Source: Eledone cirrhosa (taxonomy: Eukaryota). Taken from it: a DNA stretch of 64,000 nucleotides. The translations under genes were made by a program, and so were the position numbers. The stretch spans positions 269,328,001-269,392,000 of the forward strand of contig OZ024740.1 in NCBI GenBank assembly GCA_964016885.1, in the 5' to 3' direction. The notes beneath the pieces are model-generated. The model did not search any database and was not told the DNA's origin. It was given only the letters and a program-made list of their open reading frames with translations. Below, piece by piece: positions 39,752-53,097 of the stretch (its first letter is position 1; each line of letters begins with the position of its first letter).

Positions 39752-39946
39752 CAGGCATGTCAAACTGAGGGTCCCCTGAGAGCCACGTGGGTCACATATG
39801 TCTGAGGGCCACATATGATAACTAATTGCGCACATTACAACTAATATTTTTTTTTCATATTACGAAGATAAAACATGCTCGTGCAGTAAAAACCTTTGTG
39901 CAGACCACAGGTGTGCTTGTAAAGGGCCGCATATTTGACATGCATG
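39752..39946. mobile_element. hAT (Charlie-type) MITE
   Basis: TIRs caggcatgtcaaa / tttgacatgcatg; 8-bp TSD atctagat / atttagat. Confidence 0.8.
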
Positions 39947-40079
39947 ATTTAGATGACCTAATTAGTGATGGAGGATGTGTAAAGAGCATAATAGGAGGGA
40001 AAAAGTTCCATGAGATATTTGTTTATAATAAAGGGACTCTCTTTCCAGAAAAAGGCTAGATACAATGATACCTGTGTAA

Positions 40080-40273
40080 CAGGGTAGGCTGAAAAGTTTG
40101 TAGGCTGACTATGAAGGAGTGATGCTTATCTGTGAAATCTTGCATGCATTAATTTCAACTCTTCTTAATAATAACATTGTTTCTTTTTAGGGCCTATGTT
40201 GAAAAATAAACCTCATTTGGTCATTCCATGACAATATCTTCGTCAGTCTATGTACTTCTTAGTTGACCTTCAT
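40080..40273. mobile_element. Mariner-type MITE
   Basis: TIR-like gggtaggctgaaaagtt / acttcttagttgacctt. Inverted second copy at 56610-56810. Confidence 0.7.
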
Positions 40274-41037
40274 TATCACCATCATCGTTTAACGTCTATT
40301 TCGACGCTAGCATGGGTTAGATGGGAGCTGTCCCAATTTCCGGCAAGGTTGGTCGGGTCACCGTGTCTCGCTCGTATAGGACTATCTGGCAGGTTTTCTA
40401 TGGCTGGATGCCCTTCCTAACAACAACCACATTTACAGTGTGGACTGGGAACTTTTTACCGTGTTACCTACATGGCCTCATTACAGCGTGTACTGTGTGT
40501 TTTTTTGTCGTGACATCTACACGATCTCAATCTCGATCTCATTATCCCATTAATTTGGACTGGATATATATAATGGTTTCTGATTGAGGAATAAGGCCAA
40601 CAATTTTGGGGGGAGGGGAAAGTCAATTAAATCGACCCTGGTGCATTACTGGTACTTTATTTCATTGACCCCATAAGGATGAAAGGCAAAGTTAATCTCG
40701 TCAGGATTTGAACTCAGAACGTAAAGGGCCATAACTCAATGTCGCTAAGCGTGTTGTTCGATGCTCTATTGGTACTAACAGACCATCGCCCTGTCCCAAT
40801 CCACTACCTAATAAATATAATGCAATGTTGCATAGTGAGATATGAGCATTGAATTTAGATACTAGAAATAGATAGATTGAGCATTGGGTGTTTAATATTA
40901 GTGTATTTGAATGCTGAAGCACAAATTAGTGGAAAGCATGAGTGTGTGGGTGGGGTGGGGGTAAATATACACACTGGAATAGTAGAGATAAAGGGAAAAT
41001 TCTGATGATGATACTTAGAAGTTCAAACACTTCTTAC

Positions 41038-41126
41038 CATAGCCAAGAAATACTTTTTTTGACAGAAACTTCATCCTCCTGAATTTGTTCATGCTTCAGC
41101 TGAATATCAATTTCTGCATTCCGGCC
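41038..41126 (-). CDS. Host-gene internal exon, 89 nt, GRNAEIDIQLKHEQIQEDEVSVKKSISWL(W)
   Basis: Acceptor actattttttgaag, donor ATG|gtaaga. Open; phase 0 in and phase 2 out, matching both neighbours. Confidence 0.75.
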
Positions 41127-42404
41127 CTTCAAAAAATAGTAAATATACAAAAATGTAAAAATGCAGAAAACTATGGGTAAAATTATGATTATATTACTTT
41201 TTTTTTTACTATTAGCTTGATCTCTAGAAATGAACCTTGCAAACTACATTCATAATGAGGAGAATGACAGCTGCAGAAGTGGTGACATGTTGGCTGTTGG
41301 TAGGAGTTTGTTGAGTCAAAAGCAGCATGAGCAAAGCCATGAGATATAAATAGTTGTATCTCATGAGAGCAGAGGAGAATGAGTTATGGATTGATAACAA
41401 CAGACAAGGGTGACTGTCAGAGCGATTGGTGTCAGCTGTGGATCTCACATGGAAAAAGGATTATGGTTTAGGGATAGAGAGTAACAGTACTGAATATGAA
41501 TGAAGGTAATCAATATCAGAAATATAGGTGATGGTAAGTGAGAGTGGTAAATATCAACAAACAATTCCACAGGTGAGAGAGATGATGGTTAGTTGTGTAA
41601 GGTGATGGTACTGAATATGGACAGATCTGATGTCATCCCTCATTGCACATATATTGTGATAGGAGTTAAATATATTAGTAGGGGCTGATGGTGAAGAAGA
41701 GGTAGAATGATAATGGTAAGGGCGATAATGGAAGGATTGAATGAGGATACGTCCAAAATATCTGTCTTATTACTCAAACAGAATGTTGCAGCAAACAGAA
41801 TGGAGGGTGGAAGATGAGAGGTCATGAACAGAACATTTGATGGAGATTTAACAGGAGTATACTAAATTGGAGGTCCATTGATGTATTTTACTTCCCAGCC
41901 TTCGTCCCCACCACCTTTATTTTTAATGACTCTTTCATTATGCTTGGTAGGTCTTCTTCAGAATAGCATGTACCCAATCATCTTGGTTTTATCATTAATT
42001 TTATTGGCTATTGGTTTGCATAGACGTGGTATTGTAGGCTCTCGTGAGTTTGTTGTTTTCATATATTTAAATTCACTTTATATATAGCATTATGGTCCTT
42101 CATTAATATTACACGTTTAGTGTAGCATACTCAGTTCCTTTCTTTTCAACCAATGTCAATTCTTGACTTGCTATGAATAACAAGAAAATATCAACCTGCC
42201 ATTTTAAAAAAAGCCACATTAGATAAGGAAGACAACTTGGTAGATCTTGAGTTAAACAACAGCAACATGAAGTACTGATTCAATTATATGCAACCAAAAC
42301 AAAAACTGCTGTTGACCAACAATGAATTTTCAGTTGTCTCAGCAATGTAATATTTCTAATAATATTTCATTATGAAGTCAGTGTCTTCTTTGGAAATAGG
42401 TTAT

Positions 42405-42918
<514 letters not shown>

Positions 42919-45151
42919 CATCATCATCAACGTTTAACGTCCGTGTTCCACGCTTGCATGGGTTTGGACGGGGGTAGTCCCACTTGAGGCAAGAGTGATT
43001 TTCTTGCTCGCATAGGACTGTCTGGCAGGTTTTCTACAGCTGGATGCCCTTCCTAACACCAACCACATTTACAGTGTGGGTCTGGGAGGTTTTTACCGTG
43101 TTGCCTACACGGCCACATTACAGCGTGGACTGTGTGTTTTTTTGTCGTGACACCTACACGATCTCATTTGTTTCGGCCTGGATGGCGCGGCACCAACATA
43201 ACTTTACATAGAACGGGGTGGTGTGGATGGGGTGGGGGTGGTGGTGGTGGGACGGGGTGTATTTTGTTAGAGATGCCTACAGGCAAGGCGGGTCTTCTCT
43301 ATTACTGAGTACCGCCAAAGGTCTCGGTCCAGTGACATTGTCTTGGTGAGGTGTAAGTGTGTGAGGTCGGAGTTTATCAGCTCGTCCCAGGTTTTTCTGG
43401 GTCTGCCTATTCCGTGGCTACCGTCTATCTTTATTGCCCTGCACTTTGTTATACAGCTATCATCCTTCATGCGCATCACGTGTCCATACCAACGTAGCCT
43501 TCTCTCTAGTAAACAACATCTGATCCCTCTTATTTCTAATTTTTTCCTTAGTTCGTTTATGCTTTGTCGTTCACGTATATTACTATTACACATCCAGCGG
43601 AGCATGCAATCTTCGTTTCTCTCTAGTCTGCATATATCCTCTGCATACAATGCCCAGGTCTCACTGCCATGCAACATTGCTGTTCGTATGCAGGCATCGT
43701 ACAGCCTGCCTTTCATTTTTAGGGAGAACCCTTTAGCGGCTAATAGTGGTATAAGCTCTCTGAACTTTTTCCACCCAGTTCTGACTCTAGCTACTGTACT
43801 TTCAGAGCACCCTCCCCCACTGCTGATTTTGTCACCCAGGTAACGGAAGCTGTCCACTATTTCTATAGAACCCTCTGCGCAGTTGAAAGAGCTAATATTT
43901 TGTGGGCACTTGCTGCTACATATTGCACCAGAGCACCGGCCACATGTAAAATCTATGTTCTTAGTTAGCTTACCTGTGATCCCACTACATCTTTTATGCA
44001 CCCAAACTTTGCATTTGGGACACAAAATGGAATTTCTACCTACGCCTTTCCTACACTCTGCGCATGGCCACTTCCCGGAGGGGACCGCCGCCTTATTTTC
44101 TTTCTTACAAACTAGAACTTTAGTCTTAGCTAGGTTAATTTTAAGGCCTTTTGATTCTAGGCCGTGCTTCCATGTTTGGAATTTCTTCTCTAGCTCGGCC
44201 ATTGATTCAGCTATGAGCGTTAGATCATCTGCGTATAGGAGTTCCCATGGGCAGCCGGTCTTGAACTCCACTGTTATAGCCTGGAGGGCAATAATAAATA
44301 GTAGGGGGCTAAGAACAGAGCCCTGATGAACACCAACTTTTACACTAAACTCTTCACTATATTCGTTGTTAATTCTAACCTTGCTAACTGTTTCTTTATA
44401 CATGGCTTGTATAGCTTTCACAAGCCATTCATCAACACCTAGTTATCTAAGAGCCCACCAAATAATGGAACGGGGGACTCTGTCGAAGGCCTTCTCCAAG
44501 TTGACGAAAGCTAAGTATAGGGGTTTACTTTTAGCTAGGTACTTCTCCTGTAGTTGTCATACAATGAAAAGAGCGTCTGTGGTACTTTTTCCTGACACAA
44601 ACCCGAACTGCATTTCATCTAGATCAATTCGCTCTCTGATTAGTTGCGCTATAACTTTTTCCGTGACCTTCATGACCTGGTCGATTAATTTAATGCCTCT
44701 ATAGTTACCCCTATCTAGGGCATCTCCTTTACCCTTATAAGAGTTAACGATAATGCTGCTGCGCCAGTCCTTCGGAACAACCCCATTCTGTATGACTTCG
44801 TTGACTATCCGGGTGACCATGGTGTGTCCCACCATACCAGATGCCTTCAGCATCTTGGCAACTATTTCCGAAGGCCCAGCCGCCTTGCCTGTCTTCATAT
44901 CTTTGATTGCCTTACTTATTATACTACCCTCGACTAACACTGCTGGTCCCTCTATTGGGTCGATGTGGGGGAGACTGTCTTTCTCCCATTTATTCTCCTC
45001 ATTTAGTAGCCTTTCATAGTGACACTTCCAAGCTACCTTCTTATCGGCGTCGGTGTTGGCAAGTATGCCGTCATCGTTAAGTACACACTTCTCCCCGACA
45101 ATATCACTGTTTTCCTTGACACATTGCCTAGCAATCCTGAACACCTCACGT
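42919..45151 (-). mobile_element. 5'-truncated young RTE LINE
   Basis: ORFs 43267..44421 and 44557..45264; collinear with about 50852-53097 in reverse. Confidence 0.95.
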
Positions 45152-45195
45152 ATATATATATATACATATACATATATATATATACATATATATAC

Positions 45196-45244
<49 letters not shown>

Positions 45245-45387
45245 CATATATATGCCACGGACACAGAGGCAGTGATTTTCTCAATGGCTAGGAAGTAAGT
45301 CCACGCTTTGCTATTTCCTATTCACTGATTTATTTTTTAATAAGCTTCCAGTGTCTTCGCTTTGCCTGGAAACTTATATGAGAATTG

Positions 45388-45469
45388 ACTTTCCTGATGA
45401 CGGGATGTTTCTCTACACCTTCTTCGGAAGATGTATCTACTCCATTCCAGAAACTAATTAGTTGGAAGT
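45388..45469 (+). ncRNA. Type-I hammerhead ribozyme in a solo pLTR-like segment (about 45255-45600)
   Basis: actttc CTGATGA c-gggatg..tacaccttc-TTCG-gaagatgta..cattcc-a GAAA ctaattag TT ggaagt. 6-bp stem I, palindromic stem III, cUUCGg-capped stem II. Confidence 0.82.
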
Positions 45470-45826
45470 GATATTTTAGTAAGTAAGTTAATTTTATAAT
45501 TTTCTTATCTTACGTCTCTTATATTATTGTTCTGCAACCCCATGCATTGAACCACAATGTTATTAAGACAAAACCTATATATTTGCTAGCATCGATATGC
45601 ATTTGTATGTATATATATGTTACTAGATATAAATTCTTTATTATATATACACATATATATATATATACATATATATACATATACATATATATACATATAC
45701 ATATATATACATATACATATATATACATATACATATATATACATATACATGTATATACATATACATATATATACATATATATACATATACATATATATAC
45801 ATATATATACATATACATATATATAC

Positions 45827-45884
<58 letters not shown>

Positions 45885-46075
45885 GAACCAGTAAGACCCC
45901 AACGGCTGAGCTCAAGCCGTTTCGACGGCTAATTCTGGACTGAATTAGCCGTCGAAACGGCTTGAGCTCAGCCGTCGGGGTCTTACTGGTTCCTATTACC
46001 CACTCTACTACCCTAAGTATTGAGTACTTTGGTGTGTTATGGTCCACCTGGTTCCTTACCACATTTCCTTTGTTA
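45885..46075 (+). mobile_element. Short half-hammerhead fold-back element, copy 3 (complete 51-bp hairpin)
   Basis: 45885-45935 pairs with 45942-45992 (1 mismatch), followed by an about 80-bp shared tail. Inside (TA)n. Confidence 0.8.
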
Positions 46076-46093
46076 TATATATACATATATTCT

Positions 46094-46129
<36 letters not shown>

Positions 46130-46582
46130 CATATATATATACATATACATATATATATACATATATATATACATACATATATACATATATATATACATAT
46201 ATACATATATATATACATATATATATACATATATATATATACATATATATAAACATATATATAAACATATATATATACATATATATATATACATATATAT
46301 AAACATATATATATACATATATATATACATATATATATATATACATATATATATACATATATATATCTACATATATATATACATATATATATCTACATAT
46401 ACATATATACATCTACATATACATATATACATCTACATATACATATATACATATATATATACATATATATATCTACATATACATATATACATATATATAT
46501 ACATATATATATCTACATATACATATATATATACATATGCATATATACATACATCTATATACATACATATATATACATATGC

Positions 46583-46620
<38 letters not shown>

Positions 46621-46650
46621 ACATATATATATATACATATATATATATAC

Positions 46651-46684
<34 letters not shown>

Positions 46685-46714
46685 ACATATATATATATAC
46701 ATATATATATATAC

Positions 46715-46745
<31 letters not shown>

Positions 46746-46792
46746 CATATATATATATACATATATATATATACATACATATATATATATAC

Positions 46793-46839
<47 letters not shown>

Positions 46840-46844
46840 CATAC

Positions 46845-46875
<31 letters not shown>

Positions 46876-47101
46876 CATATATATATATACATACATATAT
46901 CATCATCATCATCATCATCATCAGGTTTAGCGTACGTGTTCCACGCTTGCATGGGTTCGGATGGGGGTTTTCCCACTTGAGGCAAGAGTGGTTGTCTTGC
47001 TCGCATAGGACTGTCTGGCGGGTTTTCTACAGTTGGATGCCCTTCCTAACACCAACCATATATATATATACATATATATACATACATATATATATATATA
47101 C

Positions 47102-47132
<31 letters not shown>

Positions 47133-47143
47133 CATATATATAC

Positions 47144-47213
<70 letters not shown>

Positions 47214-47311
47214 TTATATACACATATATATATACACATATATATAAGTTGAAATAAAATGAAAACGAAATTTCATTTCTCACTCTTAGTATGGTACTTA
47301 CATACTTACAC

Positions 47312-47342
<31 letters not shown>

Positions 47343-47393
47343 CATATATATATATAAACATATATATATATAAATATATATATTTATATAAAC

Positions 47394-47424
<31 letters not shown>

Positions 47425-47427
47425 AAC

Positions 47428-47504
<77 letters not shown>

Positions 47505-47509
47505 CATAT

Positions 47510-48870
47510 AACTTTGAATAACTTTGAAATGTTTTGGCCAGTATTGGCCCAGGCCATGTCTAACTTAATAGCACCACCTGGCGAAGTCTTTCAATTCAGG
47601 ATTTGGGCACCATGGCCCATTCGAGAAGAGAATTACTGTTTGCGGAGACATATCCGGGTGTGGGTGGTTTGTCCGGGATTACTTGGAGGAATTTGTCCAA
47701 AGACTTCTTGAATTTTGTGTGGTCAGTTTCTGTTTTGACGTGTCCTGGTGTGATGTTGAAGAGAGCAGGGCCGATTGAGGTGAAATAATTGTGCCGTATT
47801 GTTGTTATGAGTTGCGATTTAGATTTTTGAATGGGACGGATAGCACGGGGCCCAAGCCTTGGGTGTATCTTGAAGGCGATGCCAACATCATTTGGGCAGT
47901 GATGATGGAACATTTTCCACATCATGCAGATAATATAACGCTCACGGCGACGTTGGAGTGAGTAAAGTTTCAGGTTTTCCAATCGACCCCAGTAGTCAAG
48001 GTCTGACATGCCATCTATCTTTTTCGTGATTGCCCTTTGAGGAGCTTCAAGTTTCATGATACTTTGTTTCGTGTGGGGAGACCACAGTGGACAACAGTAT
48101 TCAAGGTGTGGTCGGGCGAAAGTAGAGAAGAGAAGGATAATGGTGCGGGAATCTCTCGACTGGAAGGTTCTGAGGATCCAGGAACACATTCTGCGGGCCA
48201 TGTCAACTTTGCTGCTTATATGCGTGGTCCAGCTTATGTTGCTGTCCACGGTTACTCCCAAGTCTCTGATGTTGTTAGATGCCACGAGAGTTTCCCCGGA
48301 GGGAAGGGAGTACGGGAGTTTCAGAGCATCCTCTTTTCCAAAGTGGATCAGTTCGAATTTGTCTTCGTTCAGTAGCATGTTGTTCTTTTCTGCCCATTGG
48401 GTAACAGCCAGTAGGTCTGACTGAAGGCTTATCCGGTCATCCACGCCATTGATGACCTTTTGGAGCTTGGAATCATCAGCGAAAATTTTAATGTTGCTGT
48501 GTTTGATGATGTCAGTGATGTCATTAATATAGATGATGAAGAGAAGTGGGCCCAACACAGTGCCTTGTGGGACTCCACTACTGACTTTGGCTGGGCTTGA
48601 TTTGACTCCCTCAACTACAACATGTTGGGTTCTGTTTGACAGGAAGCTCTTGATCCACTGCAGCAGCTTTCCAGTGACACCAATATTGGACAGCTTTCTC
48701 AGTAGAATGTTATGATCAACCCTGTCAAAGGCCTTGCTGAAATCAAGGTAGATAACATCAGTGTTGGAACCCTCTCCCAAGGCTCTCAAAATGTCATCAA
48801 AGTGATGCAGTAGTTGCGTCAGGCAATCCCTTCCATTACGGAATCCATGCTGGTTGGAGTTCAGCATATT
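47510..48870 (-). mobile_element. 5'-truncated CR1/Jockey-group LINE with open RT ORF
   Basis: ORF 47596..48867: QHGFR..YLDFSKAFD..SGVPQGTVLGP..FADD..RDLGV..RPHLEYC..WSP..L.RRR. Short 3' UTR ending (TTCAAAGTTA)2. Confidence 0.92.
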
Positions 48871-48881
48871 GTTACTCTCTT

Positions 48882-49014
<133 letters not shown>

Positions 49015-49125
49015 TAAATATATATATATATATACATATATACATATATACATATATATACATATACATATACATATATACATATACATATACACATATA
49101 TATACATATATACATATATATATAT

Positions 49126-49170
<45 letters not shown>

Positions 49171-49175
49171 TATAC

Positions 49176-49220
<45 letters not shown>

Positions 49221-49267
49221 TACATATACAAATATATATATACATACATATATATATATACATATAC

Positions 49268-49298
<31 letters not shown>

Positions 49299-49341
49299 CA
49301 TACATATATATATAGACATATATATATATATACATATACAT

Positions 49342-49375
<34 letters not shown>

Positions 49376-49380
49376 ATATA

Positions 49381-52300
49381 TGTGGACCAATCATAAGCCA
49401 GAGCCCCCACGCACCACCATTATTATTAAGTGGACCAATCATAAGCCAGAGGCCTATACTATCGCTTGCCTGGTTGCCTTTCGATATATGATGGATGGAT
49501 GGACTACGGAATCCTGGAGAGTGGAAGAGAGAAAAATCTGGACGCTCAGCGACAATGCCAAAGATAAAGACAAATTCGCCTCGTGGACGAGAATGCGAGC
49601 ACTCCTCTTTGTTTCGGCCGCGGATGGCTAACATAAACCCATCTCTCCCCCGCTCCCACCCTCCAAACGCAATCTAAAACTTCAGAGTTGGTACCATAAA
49701 TGTAGGCACCTTAAAGGGTCGCTCTAACGAGGTTGTAGAAATGCTTGACTGTAAGGAGGTCGATGTTTGTTGTATTCAAGAGACCAGGTGGAGGGGTGGG
49801 TCTGCTAGATTCATTCAAACGATGCTATAAGCTTTTCTGGGTGGGAAATGACGATGGGCTGGGTGGAGTAGGTATCATGGTAGCAGAAAAGTGGGCAGAT
49901 AAGATAATAGACGTAAATAGAGTGAACGACAGAATAATTAAAATAAGACTTGTCCTCAATAGAACTACGGTGACAGTAATATCTGCGTACGCACCCCAAT
50001 CCGGACTGCCCGGCACTATAAAAGACAGATTCTATGAGACACTGATGCTCACTACCTCCCAAATAACCGACAGTGACTATATAATTATTGCAGGCGATCT
50101 AAATGGTCACGTTGGACAACATTGTGACGGCTACGACGAAATCCATGGAGGCTATGGGTTTGGTACTAGAAATGAGGAAGGCTCCAGAATCCTGGAATTC
50201 TGTGACGCAAATAACCTAACTATCTGCAACACTAACTTCAAAAAACGTGACAATCACCTGATCACCTATAGATCCGGGGAACACACAAGCCAGGTACATA
50301 CCAGCCAGGTAGATTATATCCTTACCAGAAGACGTGACAGAGTGTCTGTTGTAAACACTAAATCCCTCCCCCATGAAGAATGCACCTCCCAACATAGACT
50401 GATAATTAGCGACCTCAGAGTCAGGACGAGACGTACTCGACAGCAGAAGAGGACTATCCTCAGGAGAAAAATATGGAAGCTAAAGGACCCCACAGCCAGA
50501 AATAAATTCCAAAGCATATTACTTGATGCTTTCGACAGTAAGGAAGGGTATTTAGAGTCGGACAATATAGAGGGACAGTGGGAATTCCTGAAGGCAAACC
50601 TGCTGATGGCGGCAGACGAAGTCTGTGGCTGGAGCAGGCCTGTAGGCAGGAGGAGAGTAACATGGTGGTGGAACAGTAAGGTGGAGGGGTCAATTAAGGC
50701 TAAAAAGCAGGCTTGGAAAGTATGGCGGGATAGGGGAAGTAGAGAAGACTATCAAGTGGCCAGGAGGGAAGCTAGGAGACAAGTGTACTTCGCAAGAAGG
50801 GAAGCAGAGGAAAGAAAGTTCAAGCATGTTCTACAACGCGAGGACCAAAAACGTGAGGTGTTCAGGATTGCTAGGCAATGTGTCAAGGAAAACCGTGATA
50901 TTGTCGGGGAGAAGTGTGTACTTAATGATGATGGCGTACTTGCCATCACTGACGCTGATAAGAAGGTAGCTTGGAAGTGTCACTACGAAAGGCTTCTAAA
51001 TGAGGAGAATAAATGGGAGAAAGACAGTCTCCCCCACATCGACCCAATAGAGGGACCGGCAGTGTTAGTCGAAGGTAGTATAATAAGTAAGGCAATCAAA
51101 GATATGAAGATGGGTAAGGCGGCTGGGCCTTCGGAAATAGTTGCTGAGATGCTGAAAGCCTCTGGAACGGTGGGACACACCATGGTCACCCGGATAGTAA
51201 ACCAAGTCATACAGAATGGGGTTGTTCCGAAGGACTGGCATAGCAGCATCATCATTAACTGTTATAAGTGTAAAGGAGATGCCCTAGATAGGAGTAACTA
51301 TAGAGGCATTAAATTAATCGACCAGGTCATGAAGGTCACGGAAAAAGTAATAGCGCAACTAATCAGAGAGAGAATTGACCTAGATGAAATGCAGTTCGGG
51401 TTTGTGTCAGGCAAAAGTACCACAGACGCTCTTTTCATTGTACGACAACTACAGGAGAAGTACCTAGCTAAAAGTAAACCCCTCTACTTAGCTTTTGTCG
51501 ACTTGGAGAAAGCCTTCGACAGAGTCCCCCGTTCCATTATCTGGTGGGCCCTTAGAAAACTAGGTGTCGACGAATGGCTTGTGAGAGCTATACAAGCCAT
51601 GTATAAAGAAACAGTGAGCAAGGTTAGAATTAACAACGAATATAGTGAAGAGTTTAGCGTAAAAGTTGGCATCCATCAGGGCTCTGTTCTCAGCCCCCTA
51701 CTATTTATTATTGCCCTTCAGGCTATAACAGAGGAGTTCAAGACCGGCTGCCCATGGGAACTCCTATACGCAGATGACCTAACACTCATAGCTGAATCAA
51801 TGGCCGAGCTAGAGAAGAAATTCCAAACATGGAAGCACGGCCTAGAATCAAAAGGCCTTAAAATTAATCTGGCTAAGACCAAAGTTCTAGTTTGTAGGAA
51901 AGAAAATAAGGCGGCGGTCCCTTCCGGGAAGTGGTCATGCTCAGTGTGTAGGAAAGGCGTAGGTAGAAACTCCATTTTGCGTCAGAAATGCAAAGTATGG
52001 GTGCATAAAAGATGTAGTGGGATCACAGGTAAGCTAACTAAGAACATAGATTTCACATGTGGCCTGTGCTCTGGTGCAATAAGTAGCAGCAAGTGCCCAC
52101 AAAATACTAGCTCTTTCAACTGCGCAGAGGGATCTATAGAAATAGTGGACAGCTTCCGTTACCTGGGTGACAAAATCAGCAGTGGGGGAGGGTGCTCTGA
52201 AAGTACAGTAGCTAGAGTCAGAACTGGATGGAAAAAGTTCAGAGAGCTTATACCACTATTAGCCGCTAAAGGGTTCTCCCTAAAAACGAAAGGCAGGTTG

Positions 52301-53097
52301 TATGATGCCTGCATACGAACTGCAATGTTGCATGGCAGTGAGATCTGGGCATTGTGTGCAGAGGATATACGCAGACTAGAGAGGAACGAAGCTTGCATGC
52401 TTCGCTGGATGTGTAATAGTAATATACGTGAATGGCAAAGCATAAACGAACTAAAGAAAAAATTAGAAATAAGAGGGATCAGATGTTGTTTACTCGAGAG
52501 AAAGCTACGTTGGTATGGACACGTGATGCGCATAAAAGTCGATAGCTGTATAACAAAGTGCAGGGCAATAAAGATAGACGGTAGCCACGGAATAGGCAGA
52601 CCTAGAAAAACCTGGGACGAGCTGATAAACTCCGACCTCACACACTTACACCTCTCCAAGACAATGTCACTGGACCGAGACCTTTGGCGGTACTCAGTAA
52701 TAGAGAAGACCCGCCTTACCTAAATACATAGTAAAACCTACTACAGTCAGTAGGTATCGCTAACAAAATACACCCCTGTCCCACCACCGCCCCCTTCTAT
52801 GTAAAGTTATGTTGGTGCCACAACATCCAGGCCGAAACAAATGAGATCGTGTAAGTGTCACGACAAAAAAACACACAGTCCACACTGTAATGTGGCCGTG
52901 TAGGCAACACGGTAAAAACCTCCCAGACCCACACTGTAAATGTGGTTGGTGTTAGGAAGGGCATCCCACTGTAGAAAACCTGCCAGACAGTCCTATGCGA
53001 GCAAGACAATCACTCTTGCCTCAAGTGGGAAAACCCCCATCCAAACCCATGCAAGCGTGGAACACGGACGTTAAACGTTGATGATGATGATGATGAT
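49381..53097 (+). mobile_element. Near-full-length RTE-clade LINE
   Basis: 5' region with a short direct repeat, APE + RT ORF, about 370-bp 3' UTR and (GAT)n tail. Confidence 0.97.
49495..52723 (+). pseudogene. RTE ORF: APE endonuclease, RT, PHD-like C4HC2 finger
   Basis: APE start (FRVGTINVGTL..VCCIQETRW) is in frame with 49495 but follows TAA at 49675 and shifts frame near 49815 into ORF 49745..52723 (SAYAP, GDLNG, DYIL, QH; YADD; CxxC..CxxCxxWVHxxC..CxxC). Confidence 0.9.

Noticed and set aside
43343-44704. Long antisense ORFs over LINE copies
   Set aside because: Shadow frames of the RT coding strand, repeated only because the copies are near-identical.
46020-47252. 410-aa Y/I/H-rich ORF and many similar ORFs across the window
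   Set aside because: Translations of (TA)n/(TACA)n microsatellites, which lack stop codons.
49560-49640. HDV-like ribozyme in the RTE 5' region
   Set aside because: Could not build the nested double pseudoknot by eye; the region reads as the ORF N-terminal extension.
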